This document shows, piece after piece, positions 28,306 to 38,118 of a stretch of 64,000 nucleotides of DNA. The stretch spans positions 11,870 to 75,869 of the forward strand of contig CAZSIT010000006.1 in assembly GCA_964607165.1 (NCBI GenBank). The letters run 5' to 3'. The translations under genes and the position numbers were made by a program. This DNA comes from an uncultured Ignavibacteria bacterium. GTDB lineage: Bacteria; Zixibacteria; MSB-5A5; DSPP01. Under the pieces are notes generated by a model, which had not been told where the DNA came from, made no database searches, and saw nothing but the letters and a program-made list of their open reading frames with translations. Within the stretch, counting starts at the first letter, position 1. Each line of letters opens with the position of its first letter.

Positions 28306-30540
28306 CTAAATTTTCGGAGTTGCGCTTGAATCCAAGGCTGTAAAATTATGTTTTGAAACGGTCTTTTGAATTAAGGGAAATGTGACCATAAAAGTAGTTC
28401 CTTTCCCGACCTCGCTGGTCACCTCAATGTCCCCACTGTGAGCTTTAATTACGTTATAGCTGACGGTAAGGCCCAAACCTGGGCCGGAATACCGAGTATC
28501 TCCATAAATCCCTTTGGTGGAAAAGAAAGGGTCAAATATCCTGGGCAGGTTTTCGGGCGAAATGCCGCAGCCGGTATCCGCCACCAAAACCTGTAATCCC
28601 TTAATAGAGGGCTTGACCGTAATCGTTATGTTTCCATCTTTTTCAATAGCATGGGCGGCGTTCACCAAAAGGTTTAAAAAGACCTGCACCAGCTGATTGG
28701 GCTGGCCTATAAACGGCGGCACTTGCTCGATTTTCCATTCGAGCCGTAAGTTTTTATCTTTAATTTCCTGCGCCGCCAAGCCGGCCGCCTCCCGCAAAAC
28801 TTTTTCGATGTCTATCGGCAGCCAGCTCTCTTCTGCGCTCTTGTTGGAAAAGGTTAACAGGTTCCGAACCAATTTTCTGGCCCGCTCGGTAATCCGGACA
28901 ATTTGGTCCAAATCCTTCTCAATGTGGTCGTACTGTCCAACTTCCCGCGCCAGACTGGCGTATCCCATTATCCCGCCCAGCAAATTGTTGAATTCATGGG
29001 CAAATCCGGCCGCCAGAGTGCCGACTGAATCCATTTTTTGGCTGTACAAAAGCTGCCGTTCCAACTTTCTCTTTTCGGTGACATCTCGAAGTACCGAACG
29101 CACGAACATTCCCCCCTCGCTGGATAAAAACCGCCGCGAGTGAATCTCCACGTCCAAAACCTTACGGTTTGGGAGAACGAGCTGGATGGGGCATCCGGAC
29201 TCTTCTTCGGAATGCAAAACTTTCCGCAAATGATACTGCCAAATCTCCTGTGAATCGGAATGAACCCAATCCGCAAAAGGCCGTCCAAGCATATCGGTTT
29301 TGGAAACCTCCAAAATCCTTTCTTGCGTCCGGTTACAGACAACCACCACCCCCGAAGAATCCAGGGTCTGGTACATATCCGGCGCATTTTCATACAGGTC
29401 GGCCAATTTCGCTTCCGATTGCTGTACTTCTTCAAAAAGATGTGCATTTTCCAAAGCCGTCGAGCTCTGATAAGCAAAAGCTCGCACCAAGCTCAAAAAA
29501 TTTCCAGGGTCTTCGTGGGTGTTTTCAGCCGAAATTAAAAGCCGGCCAAAAACCTGCCCTCGGCGGGAAACCAAAGGGGCGATAAAAAAGCGGACCAGCC
29601 CCAGGTCAGTTAAACTTTCTTTCAAGGGCAGGGGCCAATTTCTCGAATGGGTTATGTTGTAATAACGGCATTCCTTCTCTTCCAACCACTCGCTTTTCAC
29701 TTGGTCGTCAACGGCCGCCAAAAGGGAGGCTAATTTTCGTGCCGGGACAAGCAAATTATTGCTCAATCCCCTTTCAAAAACAGACGGAGTCCTTTCGTAA
29801 AAAGTCAAAAGTAAAGCCCGGGAACCGCTCAAAAGCTTGCGCGCCGACTCCACAATTAAAGTCATTACCTCCTCCTGCTGGCGCGAGGAGGAGATTTCCA
29901 CCGCCAGACGATTCAAGACCGAAAGCCGCAGGTTTTGCTTCCGGCTTTTCTCAAAGAGGCGGGAATTGGTAATGGCGACTCCAAGTTGGTCGGCGATGAT
30001 TTGCAGAGTCAAAACGTCCGCCGGTGAAAAGGCGTTCAGCTCGGAGCTTTGCACATCCAGAGTTCCCAGAAGCTCTCCTTCCACTTTGACCGGCACGGTA
30101 AGTTCCGAACGCGTGTCCGACAGCTCTTCTACGTAAGAAAAAACAGGGTCTTTGGAGACGTCATTGGACAAATGCGGTTGGCCGGTCCGGGCTACCTGCC
30201 CGTTGATACCTTTCTCCAAAGACAGGCGCCGCCCAACGGTAGAGCGAACCCCTTTATAATCCCCTTTTCCTGCTCCAACTACTAACTCATCCGTCTCCTC
30301 GTCTAACAAAAATATATGCACTTGGTAGTAACCAAAATGGTCATGCAGAAGCTCCGCTACATACGGCAGCAACTCCTCCAGAGAAAGAAAGCCGGCTATC
30401 CGCGCCGCCACTTTGCTGAGAGTTTCTAACGATTTTGACCCGCCGGCTTCTCTATGCGTTTGGGAATGATCTTCCATAGATAATGGGAAATCTCTTTCTA
30501 AATTTCGAAAATCTCCTTCTAAAAAATACCTCCTGCCCAT
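28306..30540 (-). CDS. Sensor histidine kinase (GAF, GAF, PAS, HisKA, HATPase_c)
   Basis: H-box AHEFNNLLGGIMGY. N/G boxes LLVNAAHAIEKDG and DTGCGISPENLPRIFDPFF...GPGLGL. Start uncertain. Confidence 0.8.
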   Translation of the reverse strand: MGRRYFLEGDFRNLERDFPLSMEDHSQTHREAGGSKSLETLSKVAARIAGFLSLEELLPYVAELLHDHFGYYQVHIFLLDEETDELVVGAGKGDYKGVRSTVGRRLSLEKGINGQVARTGQPHLSNDVSKDPVFSYVEELSDTRSELTVPVKVEGELLGTLDVQSSELNAFSPADVLTLQIIADQLGVAITNSRLFEKSRKQNLRLSVLNRLAVEISSSRQQEEVMTLIVESARKLLSGSRALLLTFYERTPSVFERGLSNNLLVPARKLASLLAAVDDQVKSEWLEEKECRYYNITHSRNWPLPLKESLTDLGLVRFFIAPLVSRRGQVFGRLLISAENTHEDPGNFLSLVRAFAYQSSTALENAHLFEEVQQSEAKLADLYENAPDMYQTLDSSGVVVVCNRTQERILEVSKTDMLGRPFADWVHSDSQEIWQYHLRKVLHSEEESGCPIQLVLPNRKVLDVEIHSRRFLSSEGGMFVRSVLRDVTEKRKLERQLLYSQKMDSVGTLAAGFAHEFNNLLGGIMGYASLAREVGQYDHIEKDLDQIVRITERARKLVRNLLTFSNKSAEESWLPIDIEKVLREAAGLAAQEIKDKNLRLEWKIEQVPPFIGQPNQLVQVFLNLLVNAAHAIEKDGNITITVKPSIKGLQVLVADTGCGISPENLPRIFDPFFSTKGIYGDTRYSGPGLGLTVSYNVIKAHSGDIEVTSEVGKGTTFMVTFPLIQKTVSKHNFTALDSSATPKI

Positions 30541-30720
30541 AATTTGGGCAAACGCCCTTTCCCAAAGGAAAAGAGCCCGCTACAAACATATATCGGCTAA
30601 AAACGGCTAACCTGAAATTGTTCAAGCAGTTGAAACTCGATAAGGTTCTTTTCACGCCGATATACGAATTGAGGTGGAACGGCAGCACACTATTTGCTGT
30701 TAAAATTAACGGGAGGAGCA

Positions 30721-33126
30721 ATGCCGAAAGAGACTACCGAACCTAACTTTGCCATACCGCACGAGCTGCCAGTAGTGCCTTTAATATCGGCGGTAATCTT
30801 TCCGCACGGCGTCACCTCTCTTCACGTACGCCTCGAAAAAAACATTCGCCTTTTAGAGGAGAATCCCCAGGAAGACAGTCTGGTCTGCGTGGTTGCCCAG
30901 AAGGATAAAGCCGCCTCCATCGAAAAACTGGACGATTTATACCGAATCGGAGTGGCCGCCCGTATCATCCAGCGAATGAATATGCCCAATCACACCATTC
31001 AGGCCGTTTTTCACGGTCTCAACCGGGTGGAGCTGGAAAGTTTGACCAAAACCAATCCGTACTTGATGGCCCGCCTCCATCCCGTGCATTCGCGGGAGGC
31101 CCAGTCGGTTGAAACCGACTTATTGATTGCCGAGGCTTTAAGTCTTTTCGAACAACTCGTATCTCTGGATTCCCATTATTCGTCTGAATTGGTCAACGTT
31201 CTCAAATTGAATCTCTCAACCACCGGCCACTTCGCCGATTTAATGGCCGGCTATCTGCAGCTTCCTCTCCCGGAGAAGCAATCCATAATGGAAGCGTTGG
31301 ATACCAAAGAAAGGCTTCACCGCCTGTTGGAGTCGCTGAATCGCGAAGTCAACAAAAGAAAAGTGGAAACGGACGTTCAGACAAAAGTTCAAAAGGAACT
31401 GGAAAAAAACCAACGCGAATATTTTCTGCGCCAGGAACTGGCCACCATCCAAAAAGAACTGGGGGAAAACCAAACCGAAAAAAGCGAAGCCGCCCGAATG
31501 CGCCGGCTGTTAAAAAAAGCCGGCCTCCCCCGCGAAGTCAAAAAGGAAGCAAACGAAGAGTTGGCCAAACTGACTAAACTTTCAAGCGCTTCTCCCGAAT
31601 ATTATGTCGCTTACAATTATCTCGACTGGGTAATTCATCTCCCCTGGAACGACAGCGCCAATGAAAACAAGGACCTAAGCTACGCCGAGGAGGTTCTGAA
31701 TAACGACCACTACGGTTTGGCTAAAGTGAATGAGAGAATTTCGGAGTTTCTGGCCGTTCGCAGCCTGAAAAAAGATGCCTCCGGCCCCATTCTCTGCCTG
31801 GCCGGCCCGCCCGGCGTCGGAAAAACTTCTTTGGGCCGCTCGATTGCCAAAGCCACCAACCGGCCTTTCGTCCGCGTTTCGGTCGGCGGAATGAAGGACG
31901 AGGCGGAAATTAAAGGCCACCGCCGAACCTACATAGGGGCAATGCCCGGAAAAATCATCCAGGGGCTGCGCCGAGCCGGAAGCAAAAACCCGGTTTTCCT
32001 GTTGGATGAAATCGACAAACTGGGCGCCGATTATCGCGGCGACCCTTCCTCTGCCCTTATGGAAGCCTTGGACCCGGAGCAAAACCGGCAATTTCGGGAT
32101 TACTTCATTGATTTGCCCTTTGACCTTTCGCAGGTGATGTTTCTAACCACCGCCAACGTTCTGGATACCATCCCGGCGGCCCTGCGCGACCGGCTGGAAG
32201 TAATCGAACTTCCCGGATATACCAATGAAGAGAAGCTGGAAATTGCCACAGGTTACCTTCTCCCCGCGGCCCTGGAAGCAAACGGCATTTCATCCAAAAA
32301 TCTGGCTTTGCAGCCGAAGGTGCTGGAAAAACTGCTGACGGAATACACGCGCGAAGCCGGCGTCCGTCAGTTTTCCCGGCTCATCTCCTTATTGGCTCGC
32401 AAAGCGGCTACTCAAGTAGCCAAAAAAAATGCGGCCAAAATAACCGTCACTCCCGAACGCCTGGAGGAGTTGCTCGGTCCACCGCCCTTTACGCCCGAAA
32501 CCTGCTTAAAAAGGTCAGAAGTTGGAGTAGCCGCCGGTTTGGCCTGGACTCCCGCAGGCGGAGAGCTTTTGTTCATTGAGGCGGCCCGAATGAGGGGTAA
32601 AAACAAGCTGATTGTAACCGGACACTTAGGTGAAGTGATGACCGAATCGGTGCAGGCAGCCCTGTCGTTCGTCCGTTCGCATGCCGCCGAGTTGGGAATC
32701 AACTCTCCCAACTTTGATCGCTACGACCTGCACATTCACTTTCCGGAAGGAGCTATACCCAAAGACGGGCCCTCGGCCGGACTGGCCGTCGTAGTAGCGC
32801 TATCTTCCCTTTTTTCCGAGCGCCCGGTTCGTCACGATTTGGCGATGACGGGAGAAATCACCTTGAGGGGCAAAGTGCTGCCGGTGGGAGGAATTAAAGA
32901 GAAGGTCCTGGCCGCCTATAGGGCCCAAATAACCGAAGTAATACTCCCCGAGGGAAATCGTAAGAACTTACCCGATATACCCAGGGAAATCCAATCCAAG
33001 CTTACCCTTACTTTCGTTTCCGAAGCTTCCCAAGCCATCGAACGCGCCTTGATTAACATCATTCTGCCAAAAGCGGAAGATTCGGAAACCTTAAAGGCCC
33101 TGAAAAAGCCCGGCCCAAAAAACTAA
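30721..33126 (+). CDS. lon: ATP-dependent Lon protease
   Basis: GGAGG RBS. LON N-domain, Walker A GPPGVGKTS, catalytic PKDGPSAG. Confidence 0.9.
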   Translation: MPKETTEPNFAIPHELPVVPLISAVIFPHGVTSLHVRLEKNIRLLEENPQEDSLVCVVAQKDKAASIEKLDDLYRIGVAARIIQRMNMPNHTIQAVFHGLNRVELESLTKTNPYLMARLHPVHSREAQSVETDLLIAEALSLFEQLVSLDSHYSSELVNVLKLNLSTTGHFADLMAGYLQLPLPEKQSIMEALDTKERLHRLLESLNREVNKRKVETDVQTKVQKELEKNQREYFLRQELATIQKELGENQTEKSEAARMRRLLKKAGLPREVKKEANEELAKLTKLSSASPEYYVAYNYLDWVIHLPWNDSANENKDLSYAEEVLNNDHYGLAKVNERISEFLAVRSLKKDASGPILCLAGPPGVGKTSLGRSIAKATNRPFVRVSVGGMKDEAEIKGHRRTYIGAMPGKIIQGLRRAGSKNPVFLLDEIDKLGADYRGDPSSALMEALDPEQNRQFRDYFIDLPFDLSQVMFLTTANVLDTIPAALRDRLEVIELPGYTNEEKLEIATGYLLPAALEANGISSKNLALQPKVLEKLLTEYTREAGVRQFSRLISLLARKAATQVAKKNAAKITVTPERLEELLGPPPFTPETCLKRSEVGVAAGLAWTPAGGELLFIEAARMRGKNKLIVTGHLGEVMTESVQAALSFVRSHAAELGINSPNFDRYDLHIHFPEGAIPKDGPSAGLAVVVALSSLFSERPVRHDLAMTGEITLRGKVLPVGGIKEKVLAAYRAQITEVILPEGNRKNLPDIPREIQSKLTLTFVSEASQAIERALINIILPKAEDSETLKALKKPGPKN

Positions 33127-33451
33127 GCTTAATAAAATGCACAGTCTCCAGACCTAGGCAACTCTTGTTCAAACAAATGACCGGAAAGTAAAAGCCCAAA
33201 CGCATACGCCGTCAAAAACCAGCTCCCCTTCTGGCGCACTCTTCAGAGTGCGAATAGAGGTTCGCCCCGCCAAGCGGGGCGCCGGAAAAAGTTGGTTTCC
33301 TTCCCTTCTCCAAGGGAGCCACGACCACCTAAACCCCAACAAAAGAAGCGTAAACCCTCTAGCCAACGACATTGAAAATTATTAACTATATTTAGAAACA
33401 ATACACTAAGCTTCATAAAAGTTTTTTGCGTTTGGTTTTGAAGACCGGAAT

Positions 33452-33916
33452 TTACCTGAACGGCGAGGTCTTTTGAAAATCGGGTCGGCCGTTTCGCAAA
33501 AGAAAATGGCGCGTGGAATAGGGGCTTTTTGAAAGAACCACCTGCTTGGCCAAATGATTCTCCTCATTTAACACAACCGGCCCCATCAAATCCACGGCCG
33601 CATCCTGCGGGCAGCCGGAAGGAACGCTGACTAATACAAAAACCTTCAGCTTTTTTGCGTCAACAATTTTCAGTTCCCCCAGTTCCCGCGGATCGACTTC
33701 GATTCGATAATCGGCAAAGAAGTGCGCAGGATCAACCAGTGGAAAAGCAACGCTCGGATCTTCGGCCGATTGGAACCAAACAAACGGGGCGGTATGGGAT
33801 GGCTCGACCAGATAATACTCCTTTAGCCCCTCAAACCCCAGAATTCCTTTGGGGATTACGATAGTATCGTTCTTATCAACTTCCAATTTTCCAAACCGGT
33901 TGGTCACGATTTCCAT
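33452..33916 (-). CDS. fliW: Flagellar assembly factor FliW
   Basis: GILGFEGLKEYYLVEP...PFVWFQSAEDPSVAFPLVDP is the FliW family signature. Confidence 0.8.
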   Translation of the reverse strand: MEIVTNRFGKLEVDKNDTIVIPKGILGFEGLKEYYLVEPSHTAPFVWFQSAEDPSVAFPLVDPAHFFADYRIEVDPRELGELKIVDAKKLKVFVLVSVPSGCPQDAAVDLMGPVVLNEENHLAKQVVLSKSPYSTRHFLLRNGRPDFQKTSPFR

Positions 33917-34065
33917 ATTGTAGGCTCTTCCACCGGTAAGGCTATACGCTTTTTTGGTTCTTCGAAGTCATCCAATTCTTCTCCTACTCGTATTGCTAAT
34001 ATCGGCAGCTTCCGGGAATTTGGACACCGTTCTTAAGCGGCATGATTTTAGATTATAAGAAACCA

Positions 34066-34488
34066 TCATCCCCTGGCCTTTTCATTTCCGACTATACGGC
34101 CAATCGCTTCGCCCAGTTCGCGGATCTTGTAGGGCTTGGCAATAACTCCGGCAAAACCATACTTTTCAAACTCGGACATAACCGGATCATTGGAATAACC
34201 GCTCGATACCACCGCCTTTAGTTCGGGGTGGATTTCCCGAAGACGGGCAAGGGTCTCCCTGCCGCCCAATCCGCCCGGAACGGTCAAATCCAGTATCACC
34301 GCGTCGAAGGGCTGTCCGGCTTCCATAGCCTGTGAATAGAGTTCGACCGCGCGATTCCCATCTTCAGCCAGAACCACCTCGTAACCAACGTAATTCAACA
34401 TCTTGGCGCAAACGTTGCGAATGATTTCCTCGTCATCCATTACCAAAATCTTTCCCTTTTCGGTCACCACTTTATCCTCCGTCTCCAA
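34066..34488 (-). CDS. Single-domain response regulator (CheY-like receiver)
   Basis: KILVMDDEEI...VILDLTVPG...KPY are receiver-domain motifs. 140 aa. It sits between csrA and fliW. Confidence 0.8.
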   Translation of the reverse strand: METEDKVVTEKGKILVMDDEEIIRNVCAKMLNYVGYEVVLAEDGNRAVELYSQAMEAGQPFDAVILDLTVPGGLGGRETLARLREIHPELKAVVSSGYSNDPVMSEFEKYGFAGVIAKPYKIRELGEAIGRIVGNEKARG

Positions 34489-34738
34489 TCTCAGTCAACG
34501 CGGTTTTCCAAAAGGGGTCAGGCAGAAAACCGGCTACCCGGCATAATTTCCAATTGAACACAACGGTCCCGATCAGTCTTCATAATAGACAAACCCGCTG
34601 TCCGGGCCGTCGGGCAATTTTCTTGGATCGAACGGACGATCGGGGTAAGAGTTGCGATCCGAAGAATTCTTATGGTCTATATTTGAATGTTTGTTCCCAA
34701 ATTCATTTTTTTCGCTCTCGGATGTCTTCGACTTTCTG

Positions 34739-35056
34739 CTAAATATCCCCATTTTTCCTCTCCCTCGTATGGTTTTCCTTTGCTTTGCGAAAATGGATCT
34801 CGGCCGGTTTATTTTTCTTCAGCTCTCCCGTTTTCTCCAACATCGATTTTACCTCCCGCAAATCGGAATCGGAAACCTTTGCCGCTTCGCGGTTTTCGTC
34901 CTGAATTTTCAGATATACTTCCTCGCGATGCACCATCACCTCCGGCGGCGCATCCACGCCCAAGCGAACCTGGCGCCCAAAAACGCCCAGAATGGTGACT
35001 TTGATGTGCTCCCCGATGGTGATGGACTCTCCCAGCTTGCGTGTCAGAATCAGCAT
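34739..35056 (-). CDS. csrA: Carbon storage regulator CsrA (with about 35-aa C-terminal extension)
   Basis: [48 protein letters not shown] is the canonical CsrA fold sequence. Confidence 0.85.
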   Translation of the reverse strand: MLILTRKLGESITIGEHIKVTILGVFGRQVRLGVDAPPEVMVHREEVYLKIQDENREAAKVSDSDLREVKSMLEKTGELKKNKPAEIHFRKAKENHTRERKNGDI

Positions 35057-35508
35057 AAGCCCTCCTTGGCATTAGATTTATCGGCTGTTTATCGTCAAGC
35101 CATAAGCGCAAAACAGCGCCAAGAGCATTGGCAAGAATTCCGCCGTGCTTTAAACAAGAAAACCCGGTTTTGATAAACGGGTATTTTGATTACAAAACAG
35201 CCGACTTCACGGCCAAAGGCAAGATTAAGAGTATTAAAATCACCAGCCAAAACAAAAGTTTCTTCATCTTTTCCTTCCTAAGAAAAAAAATTCAAGTCGT
35301 TCATTCCTCCACTCATCTTTTCATAAGGCAACCCAAATGCCATATTCCAAGTCGCTTCGATTATTTCTAAATCGTTGGGCGATTTGGTCTTGACGCCAAA
35401 ACAGGGGACACGTGAAAATAAAACCCGGACAAAAAGCAACTTTTTCCAAACCACCCAGGAACATTTTTCCGTGCTTGTTGCTCTATCTATCTTAGGTATA
35501 TTTATTGT

Positions 35509-36846
35509 ATGAACGGGAGCCACTGTGTCCCAAAAACAATCTTAGGTCTTCTATTTTTGATTTCTACGGCAATTGCCCAACCGAAAGTGGAGATTAAATA
35601 TCGATTGAACGGCCCCGCCGGTTCTCACTTCGGCTGGAGCGTTTCAAAAATAGGAGACGTCGATGGCGACTACGCGCCCGATATCATAATCGGTGCGCCC
35701 CAGGCCTCTCCAAACGGTAAAACCGCCGCCGGCTCAATTTTCATCTACTCCGGCAAAACCGGGAAACTAATTTCCAGAAAGGATGGAGCCAACGCTGCCG
35801 ACCGCTTCGGACAAATCCTTTGCGGTTTTGCCGACCTGAATGGCGACCCAAAAGGAGATTTTGCCGTAGGCCTTCCGGAAGCGGATCCGGATGGAAAAAT
35901 CCAGGCCGGTTCGGTATTGGCTTTTTCCGGAACAAACGGCCGGCTGCTTTATCAAGTAAACGGGCGCGCGCCGTTTGAGCTTTTTGGCCAGACACTATGT
36001 AACGCGGGTGATGTAAACCGGGATGGCCACGAAGACTTTGCCGCCGGCGCTCCAAATGCAAGTTCGGGAGCGAATGCGGCGACCGGAGCAATACGGGTTT
36101 TTTCCGGGCAGGACGGCCGGCTTATTTTCGAAGTCCCGGGCCAACAACCCGGCGAACTATTAAGTGTTTGTGCCGCCGCCGAAGACGTGAACGGTGATGG
36201 ATTTGCCGATTTACTCATCGGCCATCCCAATGCCGATTGGAAGGGAATAAAACAAGCCGGCATCGTTCAAATCTTTTCCGGCGCGCTAAACGGCGCTAAC
36301 CGATTGCTGTTTGAATTGGGCGGCAACAAGGAAAGACAGAACTTCGGCCAATATCTCGCCGGAGCGGGCGACCTGAACGGCGATAAAAGAGCCGACTTTA
36401 TCGTCGGCGCGCCGATTGATTGCCACAATGGCGAAGCCTTCGTTTACTCTGGAGGTACCAAAAATCTTCTTTTTCATTTGTCCCATCCTCCCGGCCAATT
36501 CTGTCATTTCGGAGAGACCGTAACCGCCGCAGGAGATTTGGATGGAGACGGAATTCAAGATTTGGCGGTCGGAAGCGCTACCGACTCACCCGAGGGAAAA
36601 AGTTTGGCCGGCCATTTGAAACTCTTTTCCGGCGCCACCGGTAAAGAATTTTTTGACCTCAAAGGCACCGAACCCGAAAGCCGCCTTGGTTTTTCGGTTG
36701 CCGCTCTGGGAGACGTTGACGCTGATGGAGCCACTGAATTTGCGGTTGGCGTTCCCTATGCCACTTCGACCAAAGGGCCGCAAGGGGGGCAGGTTTTAAT
36801 TTTCACATTGCAGGCCAAAACCCGCTCAAAAACGACTGAAAAATGA
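35509..36846 (+). CDS. Secreted FG-GAP/VCBS-repeat beta-propeller protein
   Basis: Signal peptide. Repeated GDVNGDG..D.[IL]VGAP units (FG-GAP Ca-binding repeats). Confidence 0.7.
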   Translation: MNGSHCVPKTILGLLFLISTAIAQPKVEIKYRLNGPAGSHFGWSVSKIGDVDGDYAPDIIIGAPQASPNGKTAAGSIFIYSGKTGKLISRKDGANAADRFGQILCGFADLNGDPKGDFAVGLPEADPDGKIQAGSVLAFSGTNGRLLYQVNGRAPFELFGQTLCNAGDVNRDGHEDFAAGAPNASSGANAATGAIRVFSGQDGRLIFEVPGQQPGELLSVCAAAEDVNGDGFADLLIGHPNADWKGIKQAGIVQIFSGALNGANRLLFELGGNKERQNFGQYLAGAGDLNGDKRADFIVGAPIDCHNGEAFVYSGGTKNLLFHLSHPPGQFCHFGETVTAAGDLDGDGIQDLAVGSATDSPEGKSLAGHLKLFSGATGKEFFDLKGTEPESRLGFSVAALGDVDADGATEFAVGVPYATSTKGPQGGQVLIFTLQAKTRSKTTEK

Positions 36847-36929
36847 GCCGGCAAAAATTCCGCCGCCCTTGAAAAAACAAGTTTGCAAGGCCGTCTTGTT
36901 TCCAACCCGCTTCAGTATATCTTAAGCGC

Positions 36930-37856
36930 ATGTCTCCGGTCTTTGAATTGGAAAAACTTTCTTATCCTGAAATTGATGCTTTGGAACGGGACAAAACTCT
37001 CGTATTCCTACCCCTCTCTCCGCTCGAGGAGCACGGCACCCATCTGCCGGTTGGAGTGGATTTCTTTAATGCCGCTTTCTTTGCCCGCCAAGCGGCGGAA
37101 AACTTGGTCGCCGAGCGGCCCGACCTAAACGTTCTTTTGTACCCCTGCATTCCAATTGGAACCAATACCTTTCAAATGGTCGGTTCCATCTGGGTAACGG
37201 CGAAAACATTAAAGCGCTTGATTGTTGAAATTGCGAGTTCTTTGGCCAAGTTCGGTTTCCGTAAAATTGCGCTTTTCTCGGCCCACGGCGGTCCCTTGCA
37301 CCTCCTCGCTTTGGAGGAGGCTTGCTTTCACGCCCGCCGCAAGCTGCGCGCAGAAATCATCCTCCCCGGACAGGCCCCGACCATAAAATTCTTGCGCGGC
37401 CAATACACTTCCCAAGTCGAAAACGCCCTGGGCCGCAAGCTGACCGAAGAAGAAAAAAAAGCCCTGCCCCACGATTTTCACGCCGGTTGGTGGGAAACTT
37501 CGATGATGTTATTCCTCTTTCCCCAACTGGTCAAGCCGGAATACAAAAAATTAGACCCGGTTTTAGCCGGCTTGAAAGACTTGCGAACGTCAGCTATTCC
37601 AAAATTGGGAAAAGGTGAAGGGTATATGGGCTCGCCGGCTTTGGCTTCGAGAGAATTTGGCCAGGCTACCGCCGACCTTTTCTGCCGTATTGGTCATTCA
37701 ACTCTTCTAAAGTTAGCCAAAGGCGAGGACACATCGGAGGAGACCGAGACCATTTTGACCCAAATCGTTCGCTGGAAATTCTGGCTTAGCCGGGCACTGG
37801 TTCTCTCCGGTATTATCCTAATCCTCTTTCTCTTTTTCAAAGGCGTTCTGCATTGA
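36930..37856 (+). CDS. Creatininase-family amidohydrolase with C-terminal TM helix
   Basis: LVFLPLSPLEEHGTHLPVGVD is the creatininase metal-binding N-terminal motif. The C-terminus LVLSGIILILFLFF is hydrophobic. Confidence 0.6.
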   Translation: MSPVFELEKLSYPEIDALERDKTLVFLPLSPLEEHGTHLPVGVDFFNAAFFARQAAENLVAERPDLNVLLYPCIPIGTNTFQMVGSIWVTAKTLKRLIVEIASSLAKFGFRKIALFSAHGGPLHLLALEEACFHARRKLRAEIILPGQAPTIKFLRGQYTSQVENALGRKLTEEEKKALPHDFHAGWWETSMMLFLFPQLVKPEYKKLDPVLAGLKDLRTSAIPKLGKGEGYMGSPALASREFGQATADLFCRIGHSTLLKLAKGEDTSEETETILTQIVRWKFWLSRALVLSGIILILFLFFKGVLH

Positions 37857-38118
37857 GAAAACTTAGAAACTCTCCATTTGACAGAGCGGAAGAACACTCG
37901 TAACTTAAAGCTTTAATATTTTTGTTTGGTTTTAGAGATTAGCAATTCTATGCAAGCGCTTTCAATGGGATGATTCCCACACTCAAAACCGGGTGATAAC
38001 AAAAAGGCTGACAAACAGTTACTGCTCTAATTTTCTGGTAGTCTTCGGGCACAAAGGTTGCGTGGTTAAAGCACGGGAAAAGCCCCGCAAGCCTGGGGCC
38101 GAAAAAAGGAGAAAACGG

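Noticed and set aside
33127-33451. Structured 325-nt intergenic region after lon (hairpins cgcactc-ttca-gagtgcg and gccccgcc-aa-gcggggcg)
   Set aside because: No T-run for a terminator, no recognisable ncRNA family signature, and the 67-aa ORF 33169..33372 lacks coding features. I left it unannotated. It could still hold a small RNA.
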